DNA of 64,000 nucleotides from Lytechinus pictus (Eukaryota). A model generated the notes under the pieces. It saw only the letters and a program-made list of their open reading frames with translations. It was not told the DNA's origin and made no database searches. Below, in pieces: positions 49,635-62,009 of this stretch (positions within the stretch are counted from its first letter, which is position 1; the number at the start of each line of letters is the position of its first letter). The stretch lies in the NCBI RefSeq assembly GCF_037042905.1, contig NC_087260.1, positions 4,898,001-4,962,000 of the forward strand, in the 5' to 3' direction. Made by a program: the position numbers and the translations under genes.

Positions 49635-49882
49635 TAATACGCACATTCCATTGGTTGAAAGTCAAGTTATGTTTGATGTTTGAAGTAGTGTTTGATTGCA
49701 GTCCTTCCTGCAATTGGGACTCAGGGCAGTAGGGCCTATACTTAACTTATTAGGCGCACTCTTTTCTTTTACAACTTAGAAACAAGGTCTGAATACGAAC
49801 ATTAAGCAGGGCGTTGAAAGGTTTAGAATTTAAAAGTATGCCTTAGAGACTAATTAATCGTTTAACATCTCTGATCACACAG

Positions 49883-50229
49883 AAAAGTCTCTCAAAGCTA
49901 AGGGAAATCCAAAGCCCGCGAAAAAACTTAAGGTAAGAGGTGGGAGCAATCAACGCGGAGGAACTGGTGGGAAAACCAAACGTGGTGGAGCTGGTAGGAC
50001 ATCCAAGCGTGGGGGAGCTGGTGGGAAAACCAAACGTGGAGGAGGAGCTGGAAGGACATCCATACGTGGGGGAGCTGGAAGGACATCCATACGTGGAGGA
50101 GCTGGTAGAAAATCCATACGTGGGGGAGCTGGTAGGAAATCCATACGTGGAGGAGCTAGTGGAAAAACCAAACGTGGGGGAGCTGGTGGAAAAACCAAAC
50201 GTGGAGGAGCTAGTAGGAAAAAGAAGTGA
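49883..50229 (+). CDS. Probable terminal coding exon of a highly basic RGG-repeat protein (~115 aa)
   Basis: CACAG acceptor; KSLKAKGNPKPAKKLKVRGGSNQ then ten 9-aa RGG(A/T)(G/S)(G/R)(K/T)(T/S)(K/I)-type units ending RKKK-stop; much of the variation is synonymous in this frame; donor CAG|GTAAAC 10 nt after the stop. Confidence 0.65.
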
Positions 50230-51538
50230 TTCAAGTCAGGTAAACAAGCAATCCTTTTTAATTACCATCACGTGCTTATGTAAAATTACCTTGCATATTT
50301 AGTATCTGATTTTTCTTTTTCGCAAAACAAACATGCAATCTGTTATACAGAAGCATTCATTGCTGTCTTACCATGTTTGGCTGATGGTTAATGGTGAAGT
50401 TTAACTCTCGTATGATTTTGTTTTTTAAATGACCATGTTTTGCAGAGCATCCATCACACTACACACGCTCACAAACACCCACATACACACACACATTCAT
50501 TCTCTCACATACACACACACTCACACACACAAATCCACACACCAACACACACCCTTACATACATACATACATACATACACCCATACATACATGTAAATAC
50601 ACCCATAGAGAAAAAGAATATGCAATGGTTATTTATTCTTAAAAAGCCCCTCGAGCGTTCACCAGATACATGTCTAATTCATCATTATCATCATTACAAC
50701 TATTTTTTTTTAATTATTATTAATACTTCTAATAATATTATTATCATTATTATCAATATTATGATTATAATCATGATCATCATTATTGTTATCATAATTA
50801 ATACTATTTTATTATTACCATTATTATACTTATATCATCCTTCATCCTTGACTAGAGACGAAGCAGTTGGGGATTCGAACCCAAGAATACAGTATATACT
50901 TTTTCTCCATTTATCATACATTAAATGAATAAGCTAAAGAATTTCAAGCCAAGAGTACTGACGCGTTCACGACTTGTATTTGATTAGACAGTGTGTGTGG
51001 GTATTTAGGGGTGTGTTTCTAAGATGTGGTGTTTGTGTGTATGGGTGGGTTGATTTATACTTTTTATAATTTCATACTTTTATGTATTTTTGTATTTTTC
51101 AGATGGATTCAGTGGTCATTTGACATTAGTCATCTCACTCTCTTCGTGTTTGCCAAGGAAGAATCGTTTTACCTTCATATATAATTGCAATGGAGCTGAT
51201 AAACATTCCAATTAATTTATTTTTCTTATTTATTCTTAATACATATTGTAGCCTTGTTTTAAACGAAGCAATATGATTAGTATACTATTATTTCTTGTTT
51301 CGTTTTTATTATTTTTCTCTTAAAAGCTGCTTGAACTTGATCTATAAGTCATCTTGAATAAATTGCAACAGGCCTACAGAGTTACCTTCAATTTTTAAAT
51401 TATTTGTTAAGATATTGTATATACATGTAGATGGAAAAAAAACGTGATTGGTTTACTATATCTAAGAGGATTTGTGCGGAGGAAAACATATGATCAAAAT
51501 AGAATAAGGAGAATTTTTAAGAATAAGGTCACCAAGAC

Positions 51539-51727
51539 CATTGGCGGTGGAACCAAAAACAATTAGGTGTTGGACCCTAAAAAAAGGGTTATCAACTACA
51601 AATTATTGGGGAACGCAGGAAAAAAAATGACAAGCAAAAAAAAAGGTTATAAAAAAATTAGGGGGAACGTCCCCCCACTTAAAATTTAGGGGGGACACCT
51701 CCCCCCCCCCAACTTCCGCCGCCTATG
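51539..51727. mobile_element. hAT MITE
   Basis: CATTGGCGGTGGAA / TTCCGCCGCCTATG; perfect TSD ACCAAGAC. Confidence 0.88.
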
Positions 51728-52744
51728 ACCAAGACAATGTGAGTTTCAAATTTGTGATCTCTACTGTATTACAAACACTGACTAGTAATGGCATGTACTG
51801 AAGGAAAACTATCCCCTGTGCTCATTTAATCAAAGAATCCAAATAATATATGCTAAGTGAAACTTTTGAAAAGGATGACATTTCAGTCGTTTTTTTTATT
51901 AGAGCCAATAGAGGATTTGTCTCTAGCATGTATATATAAAAATGATATGACGTATGTGGCTAATTAGTAATTAAAATGTGATTACAACTTACGTATTATT
52001 CAATGTATTCAAATATTCTTCAATTTGTTTCTTCTCTCTCTTTCTCCCCGCCCCCCCCCCCCCTCTCTCCTTCTCTGGTTTTATTTACCGTATACAATTA
52101 TAAAACTCTCCTTCTCTTTAAGGAACTTTAACTTTGATAAGGATTAGCCTTTAAAATTCTGCATCAGTACTTTACATCATTATTTTTATGTTTTGATAAG
52201 TTTACAACGATGTAATAGTTTAGAACGGAAACTAGGGAAGGTCGCTGTGTTTATGGGAAAATTTGATATGTTTCAAGTTATGAAAGTAGGCCCTATAATA
52301 TTTTTGTATTCTCCTATAATATTCAGTTCTTTAGATGAAATCAATTTTAATGTTATCAGTTACGGAAATAGTGTGTTAAATCGTAAAACAGGGCACTGTA
52401 GTAAAAATTTAATCTTTTAAGGAAAATTGTTGATCTTAATTTTACATTTTGAATTCGTAAATCGCTACACATGCATATATTTCTTTAAGTAAATTCAGAT
52501 AATCAATAATTTCCCCTATGTAAAGTGATGGTATTACTTTTTTTCAAATATACATTTTTTGCATTACTAAGATAATATTGTTGCGATTTCTACTTTGTTT
52601 TAGTAATAGTATTATTGCCTTTTTCTAACTCGGCATGATTAATTATTTGAATGCACTGGGCGCCTAGGATGGTAGCTCGAGCTAAAGCTGGGGTAATAAT
52701 AGCAACGCTTTGTATCCTCATGCAAAAAGTGCTATATAAATCCA

Positions 52745-52863
52745 GATATTATTGTTAGTATTATAATTATAATTATTAATATTATTATTATTATATCATC
52801 ATCATCACTATTATTATTGTTATCAGTTATTATTAATAATATTATCATTCATTTATATTATCA

Positions 52864-52915
<52 letters not shown>
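52745..52915. repeat. (ATT)n microsatellite (tail of a SINE remnant at ~52660)
   Basis: Directly visible. Confidence 0.85.
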
Positions 52916-53467
52916 GGTTTTCCCGTCCAATTTCGTCAAAATTTCAACCAATTTAATGATGTAATAATTCAATTTGCAACTAATTTGAATGACCTATGAG
53001 ATCGGCATTTAAATATCCAAATACTTAATTCAATTTGATTCTATTGGCACGTGATTTCATGGTTATCGCATTGAAACATGTATAAAACACGATCAAATTA
53101 AAATAGCTGAAGAAGTGTTTTCAAATTCGCACCGGTACCTTCCTTGCGAACGTTTATGAATTCAAAATCATTAATATGCAATCACTTATAGGGTATGGAC
53201 AGTGTTTTTCGTTGTTGTTGTTGTTTACTTCTTTTGAATAATTATGGAAATGGATTTTACTCCTAGATTGGATGTTTACAATTTTACTGAAATGTATCAA
53301 CCGTTTGACAAACCATCATCGGAACAACAACTCGTTTTTGTGCCACTTTCAATACCATGTTTCTTATCCCTATCCCCAAAACGATATAAATTACAATTAT
53401 GTAGAATAAAAAAGAACAAGATGATGAAGAGAAAATACCTGCCATTGCCATAGGTCACCCACCCACT

Positions 53468-53653
53468 CACTGGCGGATCCAAGGGGGGAGAGGGGCACAG
53501 CTGACTCGTGCCCCCCCCCCCCCCCACTTTCAGCAATTTTTTTTTCGTGGACGAAATACCCTTATTCTTTGGTTAAAAACATTTTTTTGCTCGTCAAATT
53601 CCACGGGAAAATGTGCCCCCCCTCTTTGGGGGGAAATCCTGGATCCGCCCCTG
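53468..53653. mobile_element. hAT MITE
   Basis: CACTGGCGGATCC / GGATCCGCCCCTG; perfect TSD CACCCACT. Confidence 0.9.
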
Positions 53654-54897
53654 CACCCACTCATCAATCACTAAAAGAATAAGCGTTTACAACCATATCC
53701 TATAAGTTTTACATGAATAAAGTCTTTATCAAACATAATGGAATAAAATTATTTTCACTGAAATGGTTAGAAAAAATTGAAAACTAGGGTAAATTTAAAA
53801 AAAATTGTATAACGTAGTAAACAAAAATGAACACAGAAACATGCTATCTAAATTTGGATGTTTAAAGTGCAATTATGTGTGCCGATAAATTAAATTGAAA
53901 ATGGTATTTTAGGCGAAATTGAATGATCAGTTCGTCGTCGCGAAATTAAATGACACCTTTGGGCCATTAATTTGAACGAATTTCTCTCTAAATTGAATTT
54001 CTACAAAATTCAGAGGAATGATATAGAACGGAATTAAATGCAAAACAAATGAAAATGAACCATGTGTGCAGAGGGTGGACGAAATATTTCGAATTTGAAC
54101 GTCCTTTCATTAATTTACATCATCTCATTTGCATATCACTGAGTTTTGCTTATAACTGTTTTGTTTATCTTAATTGACATTCGATTTTGATTAAATTTTC
54201 AACATTATGCTCGTTTTTTCTAATGATACAAATCTAAATCTGAATACTTTGTAGCTCAGAATGTTATGTGATATAAATGTCATGATACACGATTACGTTT
54301 CGTGATAAAGAACACAAACTTAATTGAATTCTGAAAAAAAAAATACTTTTTAAAGTCGAGATGTAGTATAAGGAGTAAACATATCAGGTTGAATTAGAAT
54401 TGAAACATTTTGTTGTAATAAATGAACAATAAATTTTTAAAAAGCACTTCATCCGATGAAGAGAGACAGGGGGGATAGCACAGGGAGTAAGGAAGGAAGA
54501 GAAGGAGGAGAGAGAGACATTGGAGGGGGTATGAAAAGATCAGAGATAGAGGGGGTGGCAAAAAGATCGAGAGGGGGGGAGAGAGACCGTAGAATTAGGA
54601 AGGGGGAACTGACTAGAGAGAGAACTAGGGACTGAGGACTGTCAGAAAACAATGGGAGGTTTGCTCCGGAACGCACGACGAATTTAAAAACACAGTTAAC
54701 GCTTTGAAGATGCCTGTCAAATTACAAAGATCAGCTGGGGGTCTTTGTTGAAACTTGGTGAAACGGAGCAGCAGTTACGAGGCAGACGAAAAATTGAAAA
54801 TATGTCGTTTGCCCAGAGTCAATGACGAAACTGCTGTTTTGATTTACCAATTTTTGACAAAGACTTCTTGGTTATTCTCTTCATGGGGTGGATTTTT

Positions 54898-55170
54898 GGA
54901 GCGTTGTGGCCCAGTGGATAAGTCTTCTGACTTTGAAACAGAGGGTCGTGGGTTCAAATCCCAGCCATGGCGTAATTTCCTTCAGCAAAATTGTGCTGCA
55001 CTCGACCCAGGTGAGATGAATGGGTACCCGGTAGGATTAATTCCTTGAATGCATGAGCGCTGAAAGGCAGCTCGAGCTAAAGCCGGGGTAATAATAATAA
55101 TAACAACGCGCCTCGGAATAGAATATTTCTAGATATGATGGCGCTATATAAATGCCTATTATTATTATTA
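54898..55170 (+). mobile_element. tRNA-derived SINE
   Basis: TGGCCCAGTGG A box, GGTTCAAATCC B box, shared SINE body, (ATT)n tail. Confidence 0.9.
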
Positions 55171-58100
55171 TCATTTGACAATCTAGGTTTTTTAATCCGT
55201 CGTGGAGCGAANNNNNNNNNNNNNNNNNNNNNNNNNNNNNNNNNNNNNNNNNNNNNNNNNNNNNNNNNNNNNNNNNNNNNNNNNNNNNNNNNNNNNNNNN
55301 NNNNNNNNNNNNNNNNNNNNNNNNNNNNNNNNNNNNNNNNNNNNNNNNNNNNNNNNNNNNNNNNNNNNNNNNNNNNNNNNNNNNNNNNNNNNNNNNNNNN
55401 NNNNNNNNNNNNNNNNNNNNNNNNNNNNNAGAGAGAAAGAAATAAATGAAAGAAAGAAAGAAAGAAAGAACGAAAGAAAAGAAGGAAAGAGAGGATCCTT
55501 TTTAAAAGTTTATTGGAGTTTTGAGTTTAGCATGTTGTTATTCTTGTGATATTCCTATCCCCTTACCTTCTCTCGAAACACATCTCTTCCTATGTATCTT
55601 TTTCTCCATCTCCTCTCACTCTCCACTTTCCGTTAATTTTTCTCTTAATACCTGACCCCCCCTCCCATTTCTCCTCTCTCTCTCTCCCTCTCACCCTCAC
55701 ACTCTCTTTCTTTCGTATTCTCTCTTTTCCCCTACTTGTCTCTCCCTCTTCCTCTCTGTTGTTCTCCCCTCTTTTTCCCTCTCCTTTTTCATTTTCCCCA
55801 TCCACCCCTCATCTATTCTCCCCTTCCCACTCTCTAGCGCTCTTTCTGTCTCTTTGTCTCATTCTGTCTTATGAATAAAAAAACAAACAAGAAACTTCAC
55901 ACTTTAAATATTGATTTTATTAAAACTTTAAAAAAGAATACAAGCCATATCACCAGATGCATTCATAAATAAAAATTCAAAAATCCAATATCACAAAAGA
56001 AAATTGATAGATAAATATATTCTACTGCAAGTAGTAGCAATGGGATTGGTATTAATAAACGTAACCTCAGCCACCTCACTAATGGAAATTAGTTTTGATA
56101 TCACAGATATCAAAGACATTAATTCAAAAATGAGAAAGACAATGGCGATACAGAATGTACTAGAAGACCACCGAGTTACATTTTCAGGAATAGTACGAAA
56201 AGTAAATACACCGGGTACATATTTACCAAGAATAATATTTTATAATTCAAAATCGCATTGTATGAAGGGGTGTTTTGTACATGAAAATCCTAAATTTTGA
56301 TAATCATTTAATAGCTTCTGATGACACACAAAAAAAATGTCTTTGTAATTTAGATTCGAATTATAACTTAAACCCTAACTCTGTATGTACATGTATGTCA
56401 AATCGATTGCTTAAACCTTTTTTTCTGGGAGACGCTTTTGAATTAGATCAACGTTATCATGGCATGATGATAAGTTCACATTTTTGTGTAAAGTCAGTTG
56501 CATACGTTTTTTTCATGGCCGTACGCAAAAATTGGCTGAGGGCAGGACGTGTAAACTTTTTCTGAAAAGAAAAATGAAAGCGAGCATTTTGCATTTTGTA
56601 AAGTGATATTGAAGGATTTCATCCATACCTTTGGTGAATTTTGAAAAAAGAAGAATCAGTAAAAACAACCAAATGTATTCAAATTTTTTGACGGGTAATT
56701 AACCCTGCCCCCACCGCTGCGTACTGCCATGATTACTCCCATTAATGTATTTCATGTAAAATCAATAACAACTCTTTTCACTTGTACTGTAATATAACAA
56801 CCTACGATTTTATATCACCTTTGTACGATAAATCAAGCAAATTGTTAGTATCTTGAATAAAATAAATCTATATTTAACAATCACCGATATAAGAAAATGA
56901 AGATTCTGCAAATAGATATTTCAGTAATTTTTCGATTGTCTTTATCATCCATCCAGAATGACTTATGTGCGTAAAAGTTATCAACTCAAGTTCAAATATC
57001 ACAAATTTAAACCGCGTTTTTACGGTGTGCATAAACGAGTTGCTGAGGATGCAAACTGATTTCTTCATTTAGATCTTTTAAAGTTTTTCTCTGTGGAGAG
57101 TGAACTGCCCCAAAAGTAAACAAAATCATATTGTTTGAAAAATAATTTAAATTTTATGTCCTAGAAAAAGTTCATTTCGATGTTATCAATTACTTTCTAA
57201 AAGCATGATGCATGGATTTCATTACACGTTATGATTATTTTTATTTCCTCCCTTTCACATACTACCGATTCAAATTTACAAAAGAGCCTAATAAAAATGG
57301 AATATAGCCATAAAGTCTTAGAGTTTCATATATATTCCACTATCAAGGAATATCAATACACTTCGACACGTTTAAAGATTCATCATGAACAATACCGTTC
57401 CCCTCAACTCATTTGTAACTTGGTCAATAAATCAGGTAAAAGCTGACATAAAAAAGCTACGTATTAAAAGCTAAAATCAATAAGAAAATAAACCACAGCA
57501 TGGCTCTATTAAACGGTTTTCAAAGTGGTGGGGGGGGCTGAGCCAAAAGTGGGGGGCTGACCATGCTAAAAATCACAATCATATGGTCATTTTTACATTT
57601 TTGTACACGGTTTGGAAAAAAGTGGGGGCCGAAGCCCCCCCCCCCCCCCCCGGTTCCGCGGCCCCTGTTAAATGTAAATTCAGATTACCAGCGGGGCTCA
57701 CTCCACCCATTTCGGATTAGACACAGTTTTGCTCCACTTGATTTAAAAAAAATATCCCCCTAGTTTCATGGTCCCAAATTTAATATCTGAAGTTACAAAA
57801 GCATTATCATTGGGATTAAATTTTTATAGAAATGAGAACAACAAAAGACAATCGTGCAATGAATAGATTATTTACTCTTTATGTTTCTAGACTAGCAAGA
57901 TACTTCTTGGTTGTTTTTGTGTTTGTTTTACTTGAGGATCAGACGATTTTTGTTGTCAAAGGAGTAATTTTTTCTCCGCCTGTTTTTCTTGTATTAGATT
58001 GAATCAGGAAATACAGAACGGATCGTATATATACAGACCTATATATTCAATTGAACTTAAAGATTAGTTGATTACAATAGTAAAGGTAAATGAAAGATGA

Positions 58101-58181
58101 AGAGAAAGTATAGAAAGATAAGTCGATTATACGTGATCAGACTCAATTGGAGTAATATGGTCGACGTATCAGGTTCGTCGC

Positions 58182-58495
58182 TTAATCTTCATCAGTTATC
58201 TCTCTCTCCGAAGTAAGTGGTTTGCCGACGACGTAATATACATATACAGACAATTTCCATTTTCCTTTCTTTTCTTTGGCGTCAGTAATATCGACTTTCA
58301 CTGTGAATTTTTTAGGATCTTTTGATTCACCTGATCTCTTTTGATGAAGGAATATGGGTGGTGAGTGTTTACCCTCGCAGCTGGTAACTTGGGCCATCAC
58401 ATTCTCTCCAGTATAGTAAAAGCCGTAGAATTTTATCAGTCGCCGATTACCTTGATTCAGTATTTTATTGGCCTTTCCTTTGAAATATGGCTTGT
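58182..58495 (-). CDS. Terminal coding exon of a small uncharacterised protein (alternative acceptor at 58559)
   Basis: TCCTCTTTTACAG acceptor; KPYFKGKANKILNQGNRRLIKFYGFYYTGE...KWKLSVYVYYVV...EDstop; protein-like composition. Confidence 0.65.
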
Positions 58496-58906
58496 CTGTA
58501 AAAGAGGACATAAAGATAGGTCACTCGCTTGCATCATGCAATTTGAGATCCGAGTGGCTCTGAAATAAGGCAGAAATAAAGGAAACTTGAGAGTATTACA
58601 AATTGTGCAACTGGTCAATTAAGTATTTAACTCAATCTGTTGAACAAATTTCAACAGATTTTTTTTATACAGCAGTTAATTTTTTGAGGTCCCGTTAGTA
58701 CTTGGCCATGATATCCAAATAGAGGAAAGGCTTCTAACTTGAATACATCCAAGATGGCCATCAAATCAAATATTTTCACTTGGGGGTTCTTATTGAGCTT
58801 ATTTTCATCAATTCATTCATACACATCTATTCATTCATACCCTACACGTAACTATTCAAATTATCATTTAATCAACCCTATAGGCTTATTCCACACAGAT
58901 CTATAA

Positions 58907-59319
58907 AGGCCACCGCACACCTTACGACTGTTCGCGATCCGATTTTGGAATAAATCGCATTTTGCTCATTTTCTGAAAATGTGAATGGAACATATCATTT
59001 TATTTGAGGTTAATATTAATTGAAAGAATACTAGTATAACCATTTTGAAAGATTGCAAGCCTATATTTTGGAGTAAAAACCAAATTAGTTTCAAATCGTA
59101 GCCAATCGTAAGACTGCTATGACGTCATTACGACTAGATATTAAATTTGCTTTAATTCTAAGAAGGATAATAGCATAGTCAAAGATTTGAAGATATGTTT
59201 TCGTACGATGATTTCGAACACTACACAGTAAGATATTTTAAGTCTCAATATTAGCATCAAATTCTACTACGTTTATTCCAAAATTGAGTCGCAGACCAAT
59301 CGTAAGATGTGCGTCGCCT
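58907..59319. mobile_element. Harbinger-like MITE
   Basis: TAA-AGGCCACCGCACACCTTACGA / TCGTAAGATGTGCGTCGCCT-TAA. Confidence 0.8.
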
Positions 59320-59507
59320 TAAGACATAATGTTTCCGATTTATGGAACTCCCTATCAGAGTCAATAAAAAGATGCCCGTCTGTTCATTAAGGCAGACGTT
59401 GTATCCATGTTATTATCAGAACAATTGAAGTAAATTTTCTGTGTCAAATGTTTTCGTTTATCACGGAGGCATTCTTCATTTGATTTAATCATCACCATTA
59501 GCTCCAC

Positions 59508-59960
59508 CCGCATACATTCGTAATTCCGAAGCTTTGTTATTCCGAAGATGCGGATATTCCGAAGGTTCGTTATTCCGAAGGTTCGGATTTCCGAAGGTTC
59601 GTAATTCCGAAGGTTCGTTAGTCCGAAAACGAAATGAGGTTCGTAATTCCAAATGTTCGTTAGTCCGAAAACGAAATGTAAACGAACCTTACTTCATTTT
59701 CGGACTAACGAACCTTCGGAACAACGAACCTTATTTCGTTTTCGGATTAACGAACCTTCGGAACAACGTACCTTATTTCGTATTCGCATTATCGAACCTT
59801 CGGAACATCGAACCTTATTTCGTATTCGCATTATCGAACCTTCGGAATAACGCCATAAATGATTAACGAACCCTTTTACGTTTTCGTATTAACGAACATC
59901 GAGTTATAGGCAATTTACGTGTTTCGGAATTACGAACCTTCGGAATTACGAAGTGTAACC
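59508..59960. mobile_element. MITE built of GTTCGTAATTCCGAAG repeats
   Basis: Inverted arrays of the 15-16-mer; direct repeat AGCTCCAC at 59500-59507 and 59961-59968. Confidence 0.8.
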
Positions 59961-60294
59961 AGCTCCACTATCACCATCATCATCTCAAATCGAAATGTAA
60001 TGTTTGTTTTGTTTCGTGCAAGATTATTAATCATAATATGTTGGCGGCTACAGCAGGCCAAATTCCGTTCAGTATATTACTATATAAAACAATTCGTTTC
60101 TGCTGCTCTATTTTCCCTTTTACACACACCTCTACTTTCTATTAGTCAGGACAATTCAGGACCAAAAAAGGGCCTCTAAATTGGATGATAAGAATTTATG
60201 GCGTTTATACTTAACCGTTCGCATTTTTTTATTATGTTAGCCCTGAGGTCCCATACTAAAAAAATGGATTCTGGATTGGATTCTCAGTGACCTC

Positions 60295-60341
<47 letters not shown>

Positions 60342-60562
60342 ATTTATTTATTTATATCCCTCTTATCTTATGAATATTCATGAGTATTCTAGATAAACGA
60401 TTGGTCAATTCGCGTTTATGTGACAAAATATAATTTCAATGGGAAAGCACATCACTGCAGTAGCTCTGTATATTTTTCTATATACTTTAATGGGAAGAAC
60501 TGCGCATGCTCATGCTCGATATGTTCCCTCCTCAAGGTTGAACTGCGCACGCTCCCTGACCT

Positions 60563-60722
60563 GAGGACCGTTTCATCAACATTTTTGTCTGACAAGTTGT
60601 CAGATCTGACATCTTTCCTTGATTCTGATTGGCTGAGAGGCACTGTTACTATAGTAACTGTCGGATAAAATGGGACTTGTCGGATAAAACGTCCGACAAG
60701 TCCCTTCATGAAACGCTCCCCA
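60563..60722. mobile_element. Harbinger-like MITE
   Basis: GGACCGTTTCATCAA / TTCATGAAACGCTCCCC termini. Confidence 0.65.
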
Positions 60723-61278
60723 GATATCTGCAAAAATAAATGAATACAATGAAATACAAGCTTTTGCTCAAATTACTTACCGACAATCTGGAAAAAAAAC
60801 AGTGTGGAATCAAGTCTAGATCATCATGCAGAAAATGTAATTCCATGACGACCTTTCATACAGGATTATTCAAATAATAGGGCCTACCTAATGTCAGGAT
60901 CAGATTTATAAGTTAGCCTGCGCGTTTACAATTTGAGTGCAACTGCAGCGGCGCAGCGGACTAGATCCGGCAACGATAGAATTGGTCTAGATTGTTTACA
61001 CATCAGCAATGATGAGGTCTACAAGTCAAAGCGGGATATAAAACAAATATATCAGGAGTTTCTTTCGGAACGCCTGATGTGTGTGTGTGTGTAAGGATGT
61101 GTGTGTGTGAGGGTGTGTGTGTGTGTGTGTGTATTCATGTAGAGCAAGCATTTAAGGAAAACAGCATTTGGCATTTGACAAATAGTGACAAATCACAGCA
61201 TTTTATGTACAAACTGACACAAATACTTCAACGAGTGCGTGAAATAGTCGCCCTATTATACTAATAAAAACAACCTAC

Positions 61279-61387
61279 TCGCTCTTTGGTCAAGTTCGTC
61301 ACGAGTCTCCAGCCATCCAGCAGGGCTATCATATGTATCCTTCCAGATAATTTCAAATTCAGAGCTTGTTTCACTTCTTTCTGCCAT
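61279..61387 (-). CDS. First coding exon of the small uncharacterised protein
   Basis: Acceptor TTTATTTCTTTATTCAG (exon starts 61453), start context AAATC-ATG-G, MAERSETSSEFEIIWKDTYDSPAGWLETRDELDQR; donor GCGAGT (61282) or GTAGGT (61278). Confidence 0.6.
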
Positions 61388-62009
61388 GATTTCAAATGTC
61401 AATTATGATCTATTTTATCTGCATACATGCATCTAAGTAGCACACTGAAAGACCTGAATAAAGAAATAAAGTAGTTCCGTTCCCACTAAATGTGATTGGA
61501 TAGTTTGTTTTATTTACTGAAGTGTAAATGACGAATGGGGCAGTTCGTTGTCGTTAATTTTTTTTTCATTTCTTGCTATTCAGGAAAACCAACTCCAAGT
61601 AAAAACCCGCGAACAATTTGCAAAGGTTCCGAACATTATAAGCGCACGCGTGTTGCTGCGTACCCCATTCTCATGAAAGATACGTAGTTGGGCTTTGCAA
61701 TTTGTTGACGTTCCGTCTATTGAAAAAAAATTCGCAACATTTCAGAGCTCCGAGAAAACTGGACCTTAATCATCCATTTGAAGCTTCAGAAGCTTTCCTT
61801 TTTCTGTTCCGTAGAGTTTTCGTTTTAATCATGTATCTAAATTTTGACTGATTTTAGATACACAGGTAATGATAAAGTAGTAACATATCAAACGTTAGCA
61901 TAGAGCAGTAGGTATATGATTCTCTTTCGGCGCGCCAAGTAGATAGCCCCCACCCATACAATCTAAAAATATTGAGTAAAAATCTACCCAAAGTTGGGTA
62001 TAAAGGGAA

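Noticed and set aside
49940-50302. ORF-track proteins ELVGKPNV... (+) and PAPPR... (-)
   Set aside because: Repeat-unit variation is non-synonymous in these frames; the RGG frame explains it better
55900-58180. SECIS element supporting selenocysteine at the 58523 TGA
   Set aside because: No convincing ATGA..AA..GA stem found by eye (a candidate near 57385 does not pair); needs a SECIS search
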